DNA of 64,000 bases from Gammaproteobacteria bacterium (lineage in GTDB: Bacteria; Pseudomonadota; Gammaproteobacteria; Eutrophobiales; Eutrophobiaceae): contig CBDCTH010000012.1 of the NCBI GenBank assembly GCA_965222155.1, positions 2,624,001-2,688,000 on the forward strand. Direction: 5' to 3'. The notes beneath the pieces were generated by a model. The model did not search any database, had not been told where the DNA came from, and saw nothing but the letters and a program-made list of their open reading frames with translations. Positions 40,921 to 51,987 of the stretch are shown here, in pieces (positions within the stretch are counted from its first letter, which is position 1; every line of letters begins with the position of its first letter). Both the position numbers and the translations under genes were made by a program.

Positions 40921-43107
40921 ATGAGTTCCGTCGGCATTGATATCGGGGGGACATTTACCGATGTCGTAGTGATGGGCGACGACGGTTCCGTGAGGACAAC
41001 CAAATCACCATCCACGCCGGGACGGTTACAGGAAGGCCTGCTGGCAGCTCTCACGGCGGCGGCGCAGAAGGAACAGACCGACCTTGCGACTCTGCTGGGC
41101 CGTGTCGACCGGATCGCCCATGGCACGACCGTTGCGACCAATGCCTTCATCGAACGGCGCGGCGCCAGGACGGCACTGTTGACCACGCGCGGCTTTGAGG
41201 ACACCATGATCATGCAACGGATGATGGGTATGACTGCCGGCCTCAGTCCCTCCGAATTGACCGATTATTCGAACAGGCGCGTTCCCGATCCAATCGTTCC
41301 CCGCTCACTCATCTTCGGTATTCGCGAGCGCATCGATTATCGCGGTGACGTGATCGCACCGCTGGCTGAGCAGGACGTGTACGATGCAATCAGCAGGATC
41401 AAGGAGGCTGGTGTCGACGCGATTGCCGTATCTTATCTCTGGTCATTCAAGAATATAGCCCATGAAAAGAGGACCGGGGAAATCCTGAGCGAGGAACTGC
41501 CGGGTATTTACCTGTCGCTGTCCCATGAACTGGCGCCGCGACTGGGTGAATACGAACGCACGGCAACCACGGTCATCAATGCCTGTCTGGGCCCGCTGGT
41601 GCGGGAATATACCGACCAGCTTAACCGGCGACTGGGCAAAAGCAGGCTGTTTCTGCTGGATTCCAGCGGCGGCGTGATGACGCCTGATGAGGCGGGCCGG
41701 GCGCCTGTGCGATTATTGCTTTCCGGCCCCTCCGGCGGCGTCACCGCGGCGAAATTTATGGGTCTGTTATGCGGTCACGAAAATATCATCTCCTTCGATA
41801 TGGGGGGAACCTCGACGGATGTAGCCGTTATCGCAGCGGGCGAAGCCGGCCAGCGTAAGGAAACCGTTGCGGACAAATACCACCTGTTGCTTCCCATGCT
41901 GGACGTGCGGGCTATCGGTGCCGGCGGCGGCTCTGTCGCGGGCGTGGAGGAAGGCGGATATATCTATGTCGGGCCTGAGAGCGCGGGGGCTGAACCGGGC
42001 CCCGCCTGTTACAACCTTGGTGGAGAACGTCCGACCGTGACTGACGCTGACCTGGTTCTCGGCATTATCGATCCTGGCGGGTTTCTTGGCGGCAAGCTGC
42101 CGCTGGACCTGGACAAAGCGCGCGCGGCCGTGAAGGTTCACGTGGCCGACCCGCTCGGACTGACGATTGAGGAAGCAGCCGCGGGGATAAAGCGGATTGT
42201 GGACACCCGCATGGCCGATTTGCTCAGGACGGTCACCATAGAACAGGGACATGATGCACGCGAGTTTGTGCTGTACGCCTTCGGCGGCGCGGGACCTGCC
42301 CATGCGCCGGCGTTTGCCCTGGACGTGGTGGAAGAAGTCCTGATCCCGGCCAGCCAGTCCGTTTTTTGCGCCTTTGGCGCCGTTGCTTCCGATATTACAT
42401 TGAGCGCGGGCCGCGCACAGCCGAAACGGTACGGCCGGGACGGCAAGGGCGCCGTTGAGCTTGCCGAAATTGAAGATATATTCAGCAGTCTTGCAGGCCA
42501 GGCCAATGACTCCCTTGACCAGCAGGGCGTTCCGCCCGAACAGCGCCAATTCCGGCGCGTGGTGGAGGTGCGTTTCATTCGCCAGACCAAATCCCTTGCC
42601 GTGCCGTTTCCGGGCACGATTGAAGGCCTGGTGGATAACTTCCTGAATGCATATAAAAAGCGCTACGGCGCCGAGGCCGTGCCGGAAAAAGCGCGATTCG
42701 AGTTCGTCACCTACGTGGTTGAAGCCGTGGGCCTGCTGCCCCGCCCTGATTGTGCCCGCTATCCTGACGCAGGGATGGATGCAAGCCACGCCGGGAAAGG
42801 CAGTCGCCCGGTTTATGATATGGTAAAAAAGGCTTTCGTTGAGACGCCCATATACCGGGGCGAGGCATTGCAAAACGGCAATCGCATTGCCGGTCCGGCG
42901 ATTATTGAATATGAAAGCACCACGGTGGCTATTCACTCCGGGCAGGTCGGCAAGATTGATGAGTTCCTGGGTATTTCCATCAGGAGAACAACACGACTGA
43001 ATACTTTTCCATCGCCATTCCGGCGAAAGCCGGAATCCAGTCAAAAAACGCTTCCTTATGATAATAAGTTGGCAGGTGCCCCCGTTAACTCGAGGTCAAT
43101 ACAGTGA
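40921..43107 (+). CDS. Hydantoinase/oxoprolinase A subunit (ATP-dependent)
   Basis: GIDIGGTFTD, HGTTVATN, FDMGGTSTD, GAGGGS, GPESAGAEPGPACY. Confidence 0.92.
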   Translation: MSSVGIDIGGTFTDVVVMGDDGSVRTTKSPSTPGRLQEGLLAALTAAAQKEQTDLATLLGRVDRIAHGTTVATNAFIERRGARTALLTTRGFEDTMIMQRMMGMTAGLSPSELTDYSNRRVPDPIVPRSLIFGIRERIDYRGDVIAPLAEQDVYDAISRIKEAGVDAIAVSYLWSFKNIAHEKRTGEILSEELPGIYLSLSHELAPRLGEYERTATTVINACLGPLVREYTDQLNRRLGKSRLFLLDSSGGVMTPDEAGRAPVRLLLSGPSGGVTAAKFMGLLCGHENIISFDMGGTSTDVAVIAAGEAGQRKETVADKYHLLLPMLDVRAIGAGGGSVAGVEEGGYIYVGPESAGAEPGPACYNLGGERPTVTDADLVLGIIDPGGFLGGKLPLDLDKARAAVKVHVADPLGLTIEEAAAGIKRIVDTRMADLLRTVTIEQGHDAREFVLYAFGGAGPAHAPAFALDVVEEVLIPASQSVFCAFGAVASDITLSAGRAQPKRYGRDGKGAVELAEIEDIFSSLAGQANDSLDQQGVPPEQRQFRRVVEVRFIRQTKSLAVPFPGTIEGLVDNFLNAYKKRYGAEAVPEKARFEFVTYVVEAVGLLPRPDCARYPDAGMDASHAGKGSRPVYDMVKKAFVETPIYRGEALQNGNRIAGPAIIEYESTTVAIHSGQVGKIDEFLGISIRRTTRLNTFPSPFRRKPESSQKTLPYDNKLAGAPVNSRSIQ

Positions 43108-43208
43108 TTTTTGCCGGATTCGGGCATACTCTGACCATAAAGGGGCATGTTTCCCTGGGAAGGAGGGCGTCTCGCCCTGTGACGGGACTGAAGAAACAGG
43201 AGAGAAAG

Positions 43209-45473
43209 ATGACTGACAAAAATGATTATGTGCTGGGTCCCGCCGTTGCCGACTGGGATACATTGAAACAGCCGCTCTCCGTGGACCCCATTACCTTCGA
43301 GATCATCCGGCACAAGCTGGCGGCAATCAATGAAGAACAGGCCCTGGCTTTGAAAGCCGTATCGGTCTCCCCTATCGTGGCCGGCGCAGGCGATTTTAAC
43401 AATGCGTTGTTCACGGCTGACGGCAGGCTGGCGTCAATGGGTCCCCAGGTGGTGTTTCATTCCGGGGCCATGCCCATCATCCTCCGCCACGTGATGGAGG
43501 ATTTTGCCGATGAAGAATTTGCCGACGGGGATATGTATATCGTCAATGATCCCTACAAGGGCGCCGTGCATCATCCCGACGTGACTATCATGGCGCCCCT
43601 GTTCTTCGCGGAGCAACTGGTTGCCTGGGCTGGTGTGACCGCGCACCAGGTGGATATGGGCGGCATGGCCGTCGGTTCCGTCTCGGTCAGAGCCACGGAA
43701 AAACAGCAGGAAGGCCTGATGATGCCGCCGATGCGTATCGTCGAAAAGGGTAAACTGCGTAAGGACGTCTGGCGCATGATTATGAACATGACCCGCCAAC
43801 CGCAAATGGTCGGCCTGGACCTCAGCGGGTTTATTGCCTCCAACGTAGTGGCCCGCGAGCGCCTGACCGAACTCATGCAGCAGTACGGCGCGGATACCAT
43901 TTTGACCGTGATGGAAGAGTTGATCCGTTATTCGGAAAGAAAAACCCGGGAACACCTGCAAACCTTGCCCGATGGTGAGGTCAGGACGTGCGGCTACCTG
44001 GACCATGACGGCAGGGAGAACAAGGTTTACCGCACCGACGTAAGGATTATCAAGGAGGGCGACCGATTGACCATAGACATGTCCGACTCATCGCCGCAGG
44101 CATCCGGTTATATCAACTGCACGGAGGGTTGCCTGGTAGGCGCCATCTTTGGCGGTGTGGCACCCCTGCTGGGATCGGGCATACCCTGGAACCAGGGAAT
44201 ATTGAACAGTATCGAGGTGATTGCGCCCAAGGGCCTGATCTGTAACGCCAGCGCGCCGGCGGCTACCGGCGCCGCAACTATCGGCCAGGGTTGGGTGATC
44301 ACGCTGACAACCGCCCATGCCATATCGAAGTTGCTGGCGCTTTCGGAGGAGAGCCGGAAACATTCTCAGGGCGTGACCCACGGCACCATGGCGGCGCTGT
44401 TTACCGGCGATACTAACCAGCACGGCGAACCCTTCGGCAACCAGTTGATCGACGCGCAAATAGGCGGTGGCGGCGCCAATCCGTTCGCGGACGGCCTGGA
44501 CCAGACCGGCTGCTTCGTCTCGCCCAGACCCCACATTCCCAATATTGAATACAATGAAATTCACAGCCCCATGCTGTTTCTTTACCGTTCATTCTTCCCG
44601 GACACGGGAGGGGACGGTGAACAGCGCGGCGGCCGTGCGGCGGGGACAGCCTGGACCCCCCACGGTGTGGAACGGCTGCGCTGTTCCCTGACGTCCCATG
44701 GTGTTGAAGTGCCTATCTCCTACGGCCAGTTCGGCGCTTTCCCCGGGGTGTGCAGCAATGCCATGATCATTCATGAGTCGGACGTCAGGAGCAAATATGC
44801 GCAGGGCGAACTGCCCTTGATACTGGAAGACGTGCGTGAGCCCATGGACCTGGATGAGCTGGGGGGGCAGCCGCAGGTACTCGCGGCCAAACAGGATGAA
44901 CTGCCCTTGTTTCCGGGCGACATTGTGCAATATACCTGGCAAGGCGGTGGTGGTTACGGCGACCCGTTACAGCGCGCGCCGGAGGCGGTGGCGGCCGACG
45001 TGACGGCAGGATACATCTCGGCACGGCGGGCGCTGGACGTTTATGGCGTTGTCTCAGGCGAAGATCCGGAAAAAACGGAGCAGCGTCGCGAAAACATGCG
45101 CAGGCAGCGACTGGCAAACGCCGAACCACCCTCACCGGAAGCGGTTGGCGGTCGTGAAACAGCTACGGCGCTTTCCCGTTTCGGCGCCGGCCTGGTCCTG
45201 GCGCACACGGAAAAAGAAGAACTGCAATTCGAATGCGAATGCGGTCACGTATTCTGTAGCGCCAGTGATAACTGGAAAGACCATGCTGCCTGCCACAGCC
45301 TGGAAGAAGACGAACTGCCGCCGGGGATAAAACTGCACGAGACTATGGAACTGGTCGGGTATTTATGTCCTGCCTGTGGCCGCCGGCATTCACTGGACGT
45401 AAAAGAGCGCGGTGTTGCACCGTTGCACGACCTGAAGATCACCCGCTGGGTGAAACCGAATAAACATGCTTAA
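43209..45473 (+). CDS. Hydantoinase B/oxoprolinase subunit fused to an acetone-carboxylase gamma-like Zn domain
   Basis: NDPYKGAVHHPD, HQVDMGG, QQEG, GGGGYGDP; C-term CECGH..NWK..CPACG. Confidence 0.88.
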   Translation: MTDKNDYVLGPAVADWDTLKQPLSVDPITFEIIRHKLAAINEEQALALKAVSVSPIVAGAGDFNNALFTADGRLASMGPQVVFHSGAMPIILRHVMEDFADEEFADGDMYIVNDPYKGAVHHPDVTIMAPLFFAEQLVAWAGVTAHQVDMGGMAVGSVSVRATEKQQEGLMMPPMRIVEKGKLRKDVWRMIMNMTRQPQMVGLDLSGFIASNVVARERLTELMQQYGADTILTVMEELIRYSERKTREHLQTLPDGEVRTCGYLDHDGRENKVYRTDVRIIKEGDRLTIDMSDSSPQASGYINCTEGCLVGAIFGGVAPLLGSGIPWNQGILNSIEVIAPKGLICNASAPAATGAATIGQGWVITLTTAHAISKLLALSEESRKHSQGVTHGTMAALFTGDTNQHGEPFGNQLIDAQIGGGGANPFADGLDQTGCFVSPRPHIPNIEYNEIHSPMLFLYRSFFPDTGGDGEQRGGRAAGTAWTPHGVERLRCSLTSHGVEVPISYGQFGAFPGVCSNAMIIHESDVRSKYAQGELPLILEDVREPMDLDELGGQPQVLAAKQDELPLFPGDIVQYTWQGGGGYGDPLQRAPEAVAADVTAGYISARRALDVYGVVSGEDPEKTEQRRENMRRQRLANAEPPSPEAVGGRETATALSRFGAGLVLAHTEKEELQFECECGHVFCSASDNWKDHAACHSLEEDELPPGIKLHETMELVGYLCPACGRRHSLDVKERGVAPLHDLKITRWVKPNKHA

Positions 45474-45607
45474 TATGTCTTCTTCCCAGTATTCCGTGAG
45501 CAAGAGCCTGTCCGTGGCAGCAGCCTTGATTTTCAACACAGATGTCGTGTGCCTCCTCCAGTCATTCCTGCGGAAGCAGGAATCCAGTAGATAATTACTC
45601 CTTATAT

Positions 45608-46867
45608 ATGCGATCTCAACCACAGTTTAAATTTTTCTTCGGCTCCAGCATTGCGCTGGCCTGTTTCGTCGGCATGACGGGTAACACCGGAGTGATCCTG
45701 TTTGCCGCAACAAGTGTGCTGATCAAACCCCTGGCCCAGGAGTTCGGCTGGGGGCGGGGTGACATATCCCTGGCCCTGACCTATCTCACCGTGGGCATTG
45801 CCCTGGGGGTGCTGGTGACCGGCAGGTTAATAGACCGGTACGGCGCCCGGCGGGTGGTTTGCACAGCGATCGCCTTATCCATCCTGGTCATCCTGACAGG
45901 ACCGTTGTACGTCACGACCCTGCCCCTGTTTTACACCATGATGCTGCTCGCTGCGGTGGTTGGAGCGCCGACAAATACAATCGGCTATGCGCGCGTTATT
46001 TCCAACTGGTTCGATAAACGCCGGGGACTGTTCATCGGCATCAATTCAGCCGGGATCGGGCTGGGTTTTGCCCTGGCACCCCAGATTTGCAGCTGGGCCG
46101 CGGGTATCGGCGGGTGGCGCGCGGGTTATTTCAGTCTGGGCCTGTTCCTGCTGTTTATTGTACTGCCTACGGTTTATTTATTCCTTATTGATAAACCCGA
46201 AGACGTGGGTTTGTTGCCGGACGGCGTCCAAAAAAACGCAACAGGTGACCAGGCGACTGCAGATACGAGTGGTCACTTGTCGCTGGGTGAGGCGTTGAGG
46301 ACCCACGTGTTCTGGATCATGCTCATTATCATTACCTGTATCGCTTTTTCGCTGAACGGCATCTTCAGCCAGTTGGCGCCCATGCTGACCGACCGGGGCA
46401 TCGACATGACCACGGCTGCCCTGGTCGTTTCAACCATGGGTATCAGCATGGCCGTCGCGCGTATCGTCGTTGGTTATGTTATCGACAAACTGTTCGCTCC
46501 CAGGGTGGCCCTCGTCGTCTTCCTTTCGGTATTAGCAGGTGTCGGGTTGTTGATCTACGGGCAACACCTGACCCTTTATTTTATTGCCGCAATCCTGATG
46601 GGAATCGGTATTGGAACGGAGTCCGACCTCATGGTATTCCTGACCAGCCGGTATTATGGGATGCGCCACTTCGGGACGATCTTTTCCTGGGTCTTTATCG
46701 CCCACATGACCGGCACCAGCCTGGGACCTTATATCATGGGCAGATCCTTTGATATCCACGGCAACTATATTCCCATACTCCAGGTATGCCTCGCCCTGCT
46801 GGCACTGTCTACCTTACTGTTCGCGTTTTTGGGGAGATATGATCAATTCACAAGCAAGAAAAGGTAG
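45608..46867 (+). CDS. MFS transporter
   Basis: GRLIDRYGARR motif A, NWFDKRRG, ~12 TM segments; start uncertain. Confidence 0.9.
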   Translation: MRSQPQFKFFFGSSIALACFVGMTGNTGVILFAATSVLIKPLAQEFGWGRGDISLALTYLTVGIALGVLVTGRLIDRYGARRVVCTAIALSILVILTGPLYVTTLPLFYTMMLLAAVVGAPTNTIGYARVISNWFDKRRGLFIGINSAGIGLGFALAPQICSWAAGIGGWRAGYFSLGLFLLFIVLPTVYLFLIDKPEDVGLLPDGVQKNATGDQATADTSGHLSLGEALRTHVFWIMLIIITCIAFSLNGIFSQLAPMLTDRGIDMTTAALVVSTMGISMAVARIVVGYVIDKLFAPRVALVVFLSVLAGVGLLIYGQHLTLYFIAAILMGIGIGTESDLMVFLTSRYYGMRHFGTIFSWVFIAHMTGTSLGPYIMGRSFDIHGNYIPILQVCLALLALSTLLFAFLGRYDQFTSKKR

Positions 46868-46994
46868 GCGGTATTCCGGCAAATGCCAAATTGACGTCAT
46901 TCTGGCGCATGCCAGAATCCAGTCAAAAAATAATTCCTTATTGATCTGGTATCTTCGACCGACACAACACCGGATACAAGTGGTTATCGAGAAG

Positions 46995-48095
46995 TTACAT
47001 TCTTTCGCGTAACCCTTTTTCCTCCAGCCTGGGCAACACCTCGTCGCGAAAATAGGGAAATTCTCCGACAAAATCCACAAATGACAAGGTAGCGCCGGCA
47101 CAACCGATCTCATACAGTTTTTCCAGTTCGGTTATGACCTTGTCCGGTGTCCCGACCAGCGGCATCCCGCCGTGGCCACCGGCCATCCTGTCCCGTAACA
47201 TCTTGATCACTTCCTTGGGAAAGGATTCTGCGTTGGCGAACATCAGTTCGATGACGCGGTCCACCGCGCTCCAATCGGCATTTTCACGGGCGTAATAGTC
47301 ATGGAACTCATCCGCCTCTTTTTGCGTGGGCCGGCAGACAACGTAAGTCAGGGCAAATACACCGACCTCACGGCCAACAGCCCCGGCTTGCTGTTTCAGT
47401 TCATGGATGTCTTTTCTCGATTTTTCATGTTCTATAACCGGCGTGAACAGGTAGTTCGCGTTTCGGGTAGCAAACGCCTTGCCTTCTTTGGAACCACCGG
47501 CATTAAAGATGGGGATAGTGCCGTTGACCGGTTTAGGGAAACTGTGTACGCCCTTGAGCTGGTAGAACTCGCCGTCCCAGTTAAAATCCCCCTCACCGTC
47601 TGACCAGCATTTTTTCACGATATCGAACCACTCCTGGCCCAGGCGGTAGCGTGTCTCGTGATCATCGGGCAGCTTAAATCCCAGTGCTTCATATTCCGGT
47701 TTGTTCCAGCCGCAGACGATATTGACACCGGCGCGGCCGTGGCCGATCTGGTCCAGCGTAGCCAGTTGTTTCGCGGCGATTACGGGGTTATGAAACCCGG
47801 TATGTGTCGTCGCAAAGATCGTGATATTTTTAGTTAAGGCAAGCAGGCCCGCCGCCCAGGTCAGGGTTTCCAGCACGTTATGCTGAAAATTGGTAGCGCC
47901 GCCGTAACCGATCCAGCGGGCGATGGGCAACTGGAATTCCAGCCCGGCCGCGTCACACAGTTGCGCCTGTTTCAGGTTGTTATCCCACGAACTGTCCCAG
48001 CGTTCCTCTATCTGCGTCATGGCCTGCCCGCTGGAGCAGTTTGCGGAGAAAATCCCCAGTTTCAACTTGTTTTTGCTGTCAAGTAGAGCAGACAT
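46995..48095 (-). CDS. LLM-class flavin-dependent monooxygenase (RutA/SfnG-like)
   Basis: LPIARWIGYGG, AAKQLATLDQIGHGRAGVNIVCGW, NAGGS. Confidence 0.88.
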   Translation of the reverse strand: MSALLDSKNKLKLGIFSANCSSGQAMTQIEERWDSSWDNNLKQAQLCDAAGLEFQLPIARWIGYGGATNFQHNVLETLTWAAGLLALTKNITIFATTHTGFHNPVIAAKQLATLDQIGHGRAGVNIVCGWNKPEYEALGFKLPDDHETRYRLGQEWFDIVKKCWSDGEGDFNWDGEFYQLKGVHSFPKPVNGTIPIFNAGGSKEGKAFATRNANYLFTPVIEHEKSRKDIHELKQQAGAVGREVGVFALTYVVCRPTQKEADEFHDYYARENADWSAVDRVIELMFANAESFPKEVIKMLRDRMAGGHGGMPLVGTPDKVITELEKLYEIGCAGATLSFVDFVGEFPYFRDEVLPRLEEKGLRERM

Positions 48096-48327
48096 AAAAT
48101 CACGCTTTGGCTAGCAATTCATTAATTTGACATTGTCGGATAGCCGCCATTCCCGCGCAAGCGGGAATCCAGTAAACAAACTTTCATTATAATGTGGAGT
48201 TGTACCGCCTTGTTATACAATACTGTCAGTTATCACCCCTGATCAATGTGAACTGCACCTCACTTTCAGTCGTTGTGTGTTCAGTCGTTGTGTTGACTAT
48301 CATATCAGCCACGCCATAATACTTGGC

Positions 48328-49950
48328 ATGGATAAACACTCCGTCACAAAGACCGTAGATAACGGCGCTACTACAGGCTATGAGACTGACCTGTGGCGTA
48401 TGGCCGATACCTTGCGCGGCAGTATGGACGCGGCTGAGTACAAACACGTCGTCCTTGGCCTCATCTTCCTGAAGTACATTTCCGATGCCTTCGAGGAAAT
48501 ACACACTCGTCTCGAAGGTGAAAAGGCGCAGGGCGCCGACCCCGAGGACCCGGACGAATACCGTGCGGATAACGTCTTCTGGGTGCCCCAACATGCCCGT
48601 TAGACGCATCTCAAGGATCAGGCGCGGCAGCCTGCTATAGGCCAGTCCGTCGATGAAGCTATGGCTTTGATCGAGCGCGATAACCCGGCGCTCAAGGATG
48701 TACTGCCCAAGGACTATGCTCGTCCCGCACTCGACAAGCAACGGCTTGGCCAGCTCATCGACATGATCAGCAACATCAGGGTCGGCGACGAAGATGCCCG
48801 TTCCAGGGACGTACTCGGCCGCGTCTACGAATACTTCCTGTCACAGTTTGCCAATGCAGAGGGCAAGAAAGGCGGCGAATTCTACACCCCGCGCTGCGTG
48901 GTCAAGCTCCTGGTCGAAATGCTGGAACCTTATAACGGCCGCGTCTACGATCCCTGCTGCGGCTCATCAGGAATGTTTGTGCAATCGGTGGAGTTCATCC
49001 GCGCCCATCAAACAGGTAATGGCAATGCCCGCCCCGGCCTCCAGTCTGGTGGTAGAAAAGTTCCGACGGGCATCAAAGCCGATATTTCAATCTACGGCCA
49101 GGAGTCGAACTACACGACCTGGCGGTTGGCAAAAATGAACCTTGCCATCCGCGGCATTGAGGGGCAGATCGCTCACGGCGACAGTTTTCACAATGATCGT
49201 CATCCCGACCTGAAGGCAGATTTCATCTTGGCCAATCCGCCATTCAATGTCTCTGACTGGGGTGGTGAACGTCTCACTGAAGACCAGCGCTGGCAATACG
49301 GCGTTCCTCCCAAGGGTAACGCCAACTTTGCCTGGGTGCAGCACATTGTCCATCATCTGGCGCCTGACGGCAGCGCGGGTTTCGTACTTGCCAACGGTTC
49401 GATGTCGTCTAACCAGTCGAATGAAGGCACCATCCGTCAGAACTTGATCGAATCAGACCTGGTGGACTGCATGGTGGCAATGCCGGGACAGTTGTTCTAC
49501 TCAACCCAGATACCAGTGTGCCTGTGGTTTCTTGCCCGCAACCGCAAAGATGGCAAGTTCCGTGACCGGCGTGGTGAGATACTTTTCATCGACGCCCGTA
49601 AGCTGGGACGTATGGTTGACCGCACTCACCGCGAGTTTACCGATGAAGACATAGGCCGCATTGCCGACACTTACCACACCTGGCGCGGCGAGGAAGATGC
49701 AGGCGAATATGTCGACGTCCCCGGCTTCTGCAAAAGTGCTTCTCCTGATGAGATACGCAAGTATGGCCATGCATTGACTCCAGGCCGCTACGTGGGCGCA
49801 GAACCACAGGAGGATGACGGCGAACCGTTCGAGGACAAGATGAAGCGACTCGTTGCACAATTGTACGAGCAGCAGGCCGAAGGCGCGCGGCTGGACGCCG
49901 CCATCATCGAGAACCTCAAGGCGCTGGGATTCGGGGAGCGGGGGTCATGA
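48328..49950 (+). pseudogene. hsdM: Type I RM methyltransferase with one in-frame TAG (48601-48603)
   Basis: [33 protein letters not shown]; [12 protein letters not shown] where Trp is expected; both ORF parts in one frame. Confidence 0.9.
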
Positions 49951-50372
49951 CTATCGACACGTCCTTTCTGCGGCGCTGCATCCAGGCTTTGCAGCTTGCT
50001 TTGGGCGAGATTGGGAAACACAAGGAAGCGGATGATTTCCTCTACGATGTTTATCGCGCCGCCTGTGTCAAGGAGTTCGAACTGGTGCTGGAACAGAGTG
50101 GCAAGCTGGCGCGAAAACGTCTTGCGACGTTCTTCGCCAGCAACCGGCAGGCAGACCGTCTGGTTTTCAATGACCTGTTCCGACACGCCGCCAAACATGG
50201 ATTGATCGACCCGCAAGCGGTGGAACGCTGGCTTAGCTACCGCGACAACCGGAATGACACTGCGCACAACTATGGAGAGGATTTCGCTGAAGCTACGCTG
50301 AAACTGCTGCCGGCGTTCATTGCCGACGCCAAGGCGCTGGCCGACATGATCGATGCGGCAGACGATGACTGA
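49947..50372 (+). CDS. HEPN protein (nucleotidyltransferase substrate-binding, HI0074-like)
   Basis: [24 protein letters not shown] (R-x4-H). Confidence 0.88.
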   Translation: MTIDTSFLRRCIQALQLALGEIGKHKEADDFLYDVYRAACVKEFELVLEQSGKLARKRLATFFASNRQADRLVFNDLFRHAAKHGLIDPQAVERWLSYRDNRNDTAHNYGEDFAEATLKLLPAFIADAKALADMIDAADDD

Positions 50373-51987
50373 CAGGCTGCACCTGCTGCCCAGGCACCGT
50401 CGGCTGCTGGAGGCGCTGTTGCACAAGCATCTGCCCGAGGTCGAGGTCTGGGCCTACGGCAGCCGCGTGAACGGACGCAGCCATGACGGCAGTGATCTCG
50501 ATCTGGTACTGCGCGGGCCGGGCCTGAACAAGATTCCGATAGATTCCCTGGTCGATTTCGAGGAAGCGGTGCGGGAGTCGACTATCCCCTTTCTAGTTGA
50601 GGCAAGAGACTGGGCGCGTCTGCCGGAGCGGTTTCACCACGAGATCGAGCGGGACCACGTGGTGCTGAACGAAATCCTATATACTGGCGGTAAGTGGTCA
50701 GACATGTCCTTCACCGAAGCCGTTCAGGTCAATCCCGCAGTGCGCATTGAACGTGGAAAGACCTATCCGTATGTCGATATGGCAACTGTGAATGCTAGCT
50801 CTCGATGCGTATATGCACTGACAAAACGCAAATACTCTGGCGGTGGATCACGCTTTTGCTGCGGTGACACACTTATGGCTCGCATCACACCTTGCTTGGA
50901 GAATGGCAAGATCGCGCGCTATTGCTCAATGGACGAATTGGAAACCGCACATGGTTCGACCGAGTTCATCGTTATCAGAGGTCGTCCAGGCATCACTGAT
51001 ACCAACTTTGCCTATTACCTGACGCAGTGGGAAGAGGTGCGTAGCTACTCTGTTGGTCAAATGACGGGTACATCTGGTCGTCAGAGAGTACCAACAGAGT
51101 CTTTAAGACATCTTCAGGTTCCGATTCCTCCGCTCTTGGAACAACGCGCCATCGCCCACATTCTCGGCACACTAGACGACAAGATCGAGTTGAACCGGCG
51201 CATGAACGAGACGCTGGAGGCCGTGGCACGGGCATTGTTCAAATCCTGGTTCATCGATTTCGATCCCGTGCGCGCCAGGATGGAAGGCCGCGATACTGGC
51301 CTGCCCAAACACATAGCCGACCTGTTTCCTGATAGGCTCGTCGGCTCGGAACTCGGGGAGATACCGGAGGGGTGGGACGTCGAAACGATAGGTGATATCG
51401 CTACCATCGCGGGAGGGACAACGCCGAGCACCAAAGAACCCAAATATTGGGAAGGTGGTATTCATTGCTGGGTAACGCCGAAGGATCTTTCCGACCTGCG
51501 GGTACCTGTTCTTCTCGACACTGAACGTAAGATCAGCGATGCGGGCTTAGAACAGATAGGCTCTGGACTACTTCCTAAGGGTACTGTTCTCTTATCGTCT
51601 CGAGCACCTATCGGCTATCTCGCGATTGCCGAGATTTCTGTAGCAATAAACCAGGGGTTCATCGCGATTTTACCCTTCGAAAGCATCTCTAACCTGTTCC
51701 TCCTCTACTGGTGCAAGGCATCGCAAAATGAGATCGTCGCCCATGCCAATGGTTCAACTTTCCTGGAGATAAGCAAGAGCAACTTTCGGCGAATCTCCCT
51801 GGCGATGCCATGCACATCCATTATGGATGCCTTCGATGGCCTTGCTCGACCCCTTTACGAGACCATTGTCTCTAACGTGAAGGAGTCTCGCACCCTCACC
51901 GCATTACGGGACGTGCTGTTGCCGAAGCTACTCTCCGGTGAAATCCGTCTTGACGAGGCCGAACGAGCGGCAGAGGCCATGACATGA
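50365..51987 (+). CDS. hsdS: Minimal nucleotidyltransferase (MNT) fused to type I RM specificity subunit
   Basis: [16 protein letters not shown] (MNT, ~105 aa), then TRD1, [33 protein letters not shown]2, [14 protein letters not shown]. Confidence 0.9.
   Translation: MTDRLHLLPRHRRLLEALLHKHLPEVEVWAYGSRVNGRSHDGSDLDLVLRGPGLNKIPIDSLVDFEEAVRESTIPFLVEARDWARLPERFHHEIERDHVVLNEILYTGGKWSDMSFTEAVQVNPAVRIERGKTYPYVDMATVNASSRCVYALTKRKYSGGGSRFCCGDTLMARITPCLENGKIARYCSMDELETAHGSTEFIVIRGRPGITDTNFAYYLTQWEEVRSYSVGQMTGTSGRQRVPTESLRHLQVPIPPLLEQRAIAHILGTLDDKIELNRRMNETLEAVARALFKSWFIDFDPVRARMEGRDTGLPKHIADLFPDRLVGSELGEIPEGWDVETIGDIATIAGGTTPSTKEPKYWEGGIHCWVTPKDLSDLRVPVLLDTERKISDAGLEQIGSGLLPKGTVLLSSRAPIGYLAIAEISVAINQGFIAILPFESISNLFLLYWCKASQNEIVAHANGSTFLEISKSNFRRISLAMPCTSIMDAFDGLARPLYETIVSNVKESRTLTALRDVLLPKLLSGEIRLDEAERAAEAMT

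Noticed and set aside
41767-43044. 425-aa antisense ORF and similar shadow ORFs across GC-rich genes
   Set aside because: Antisense to well-supported genes, with no recognisable motifs
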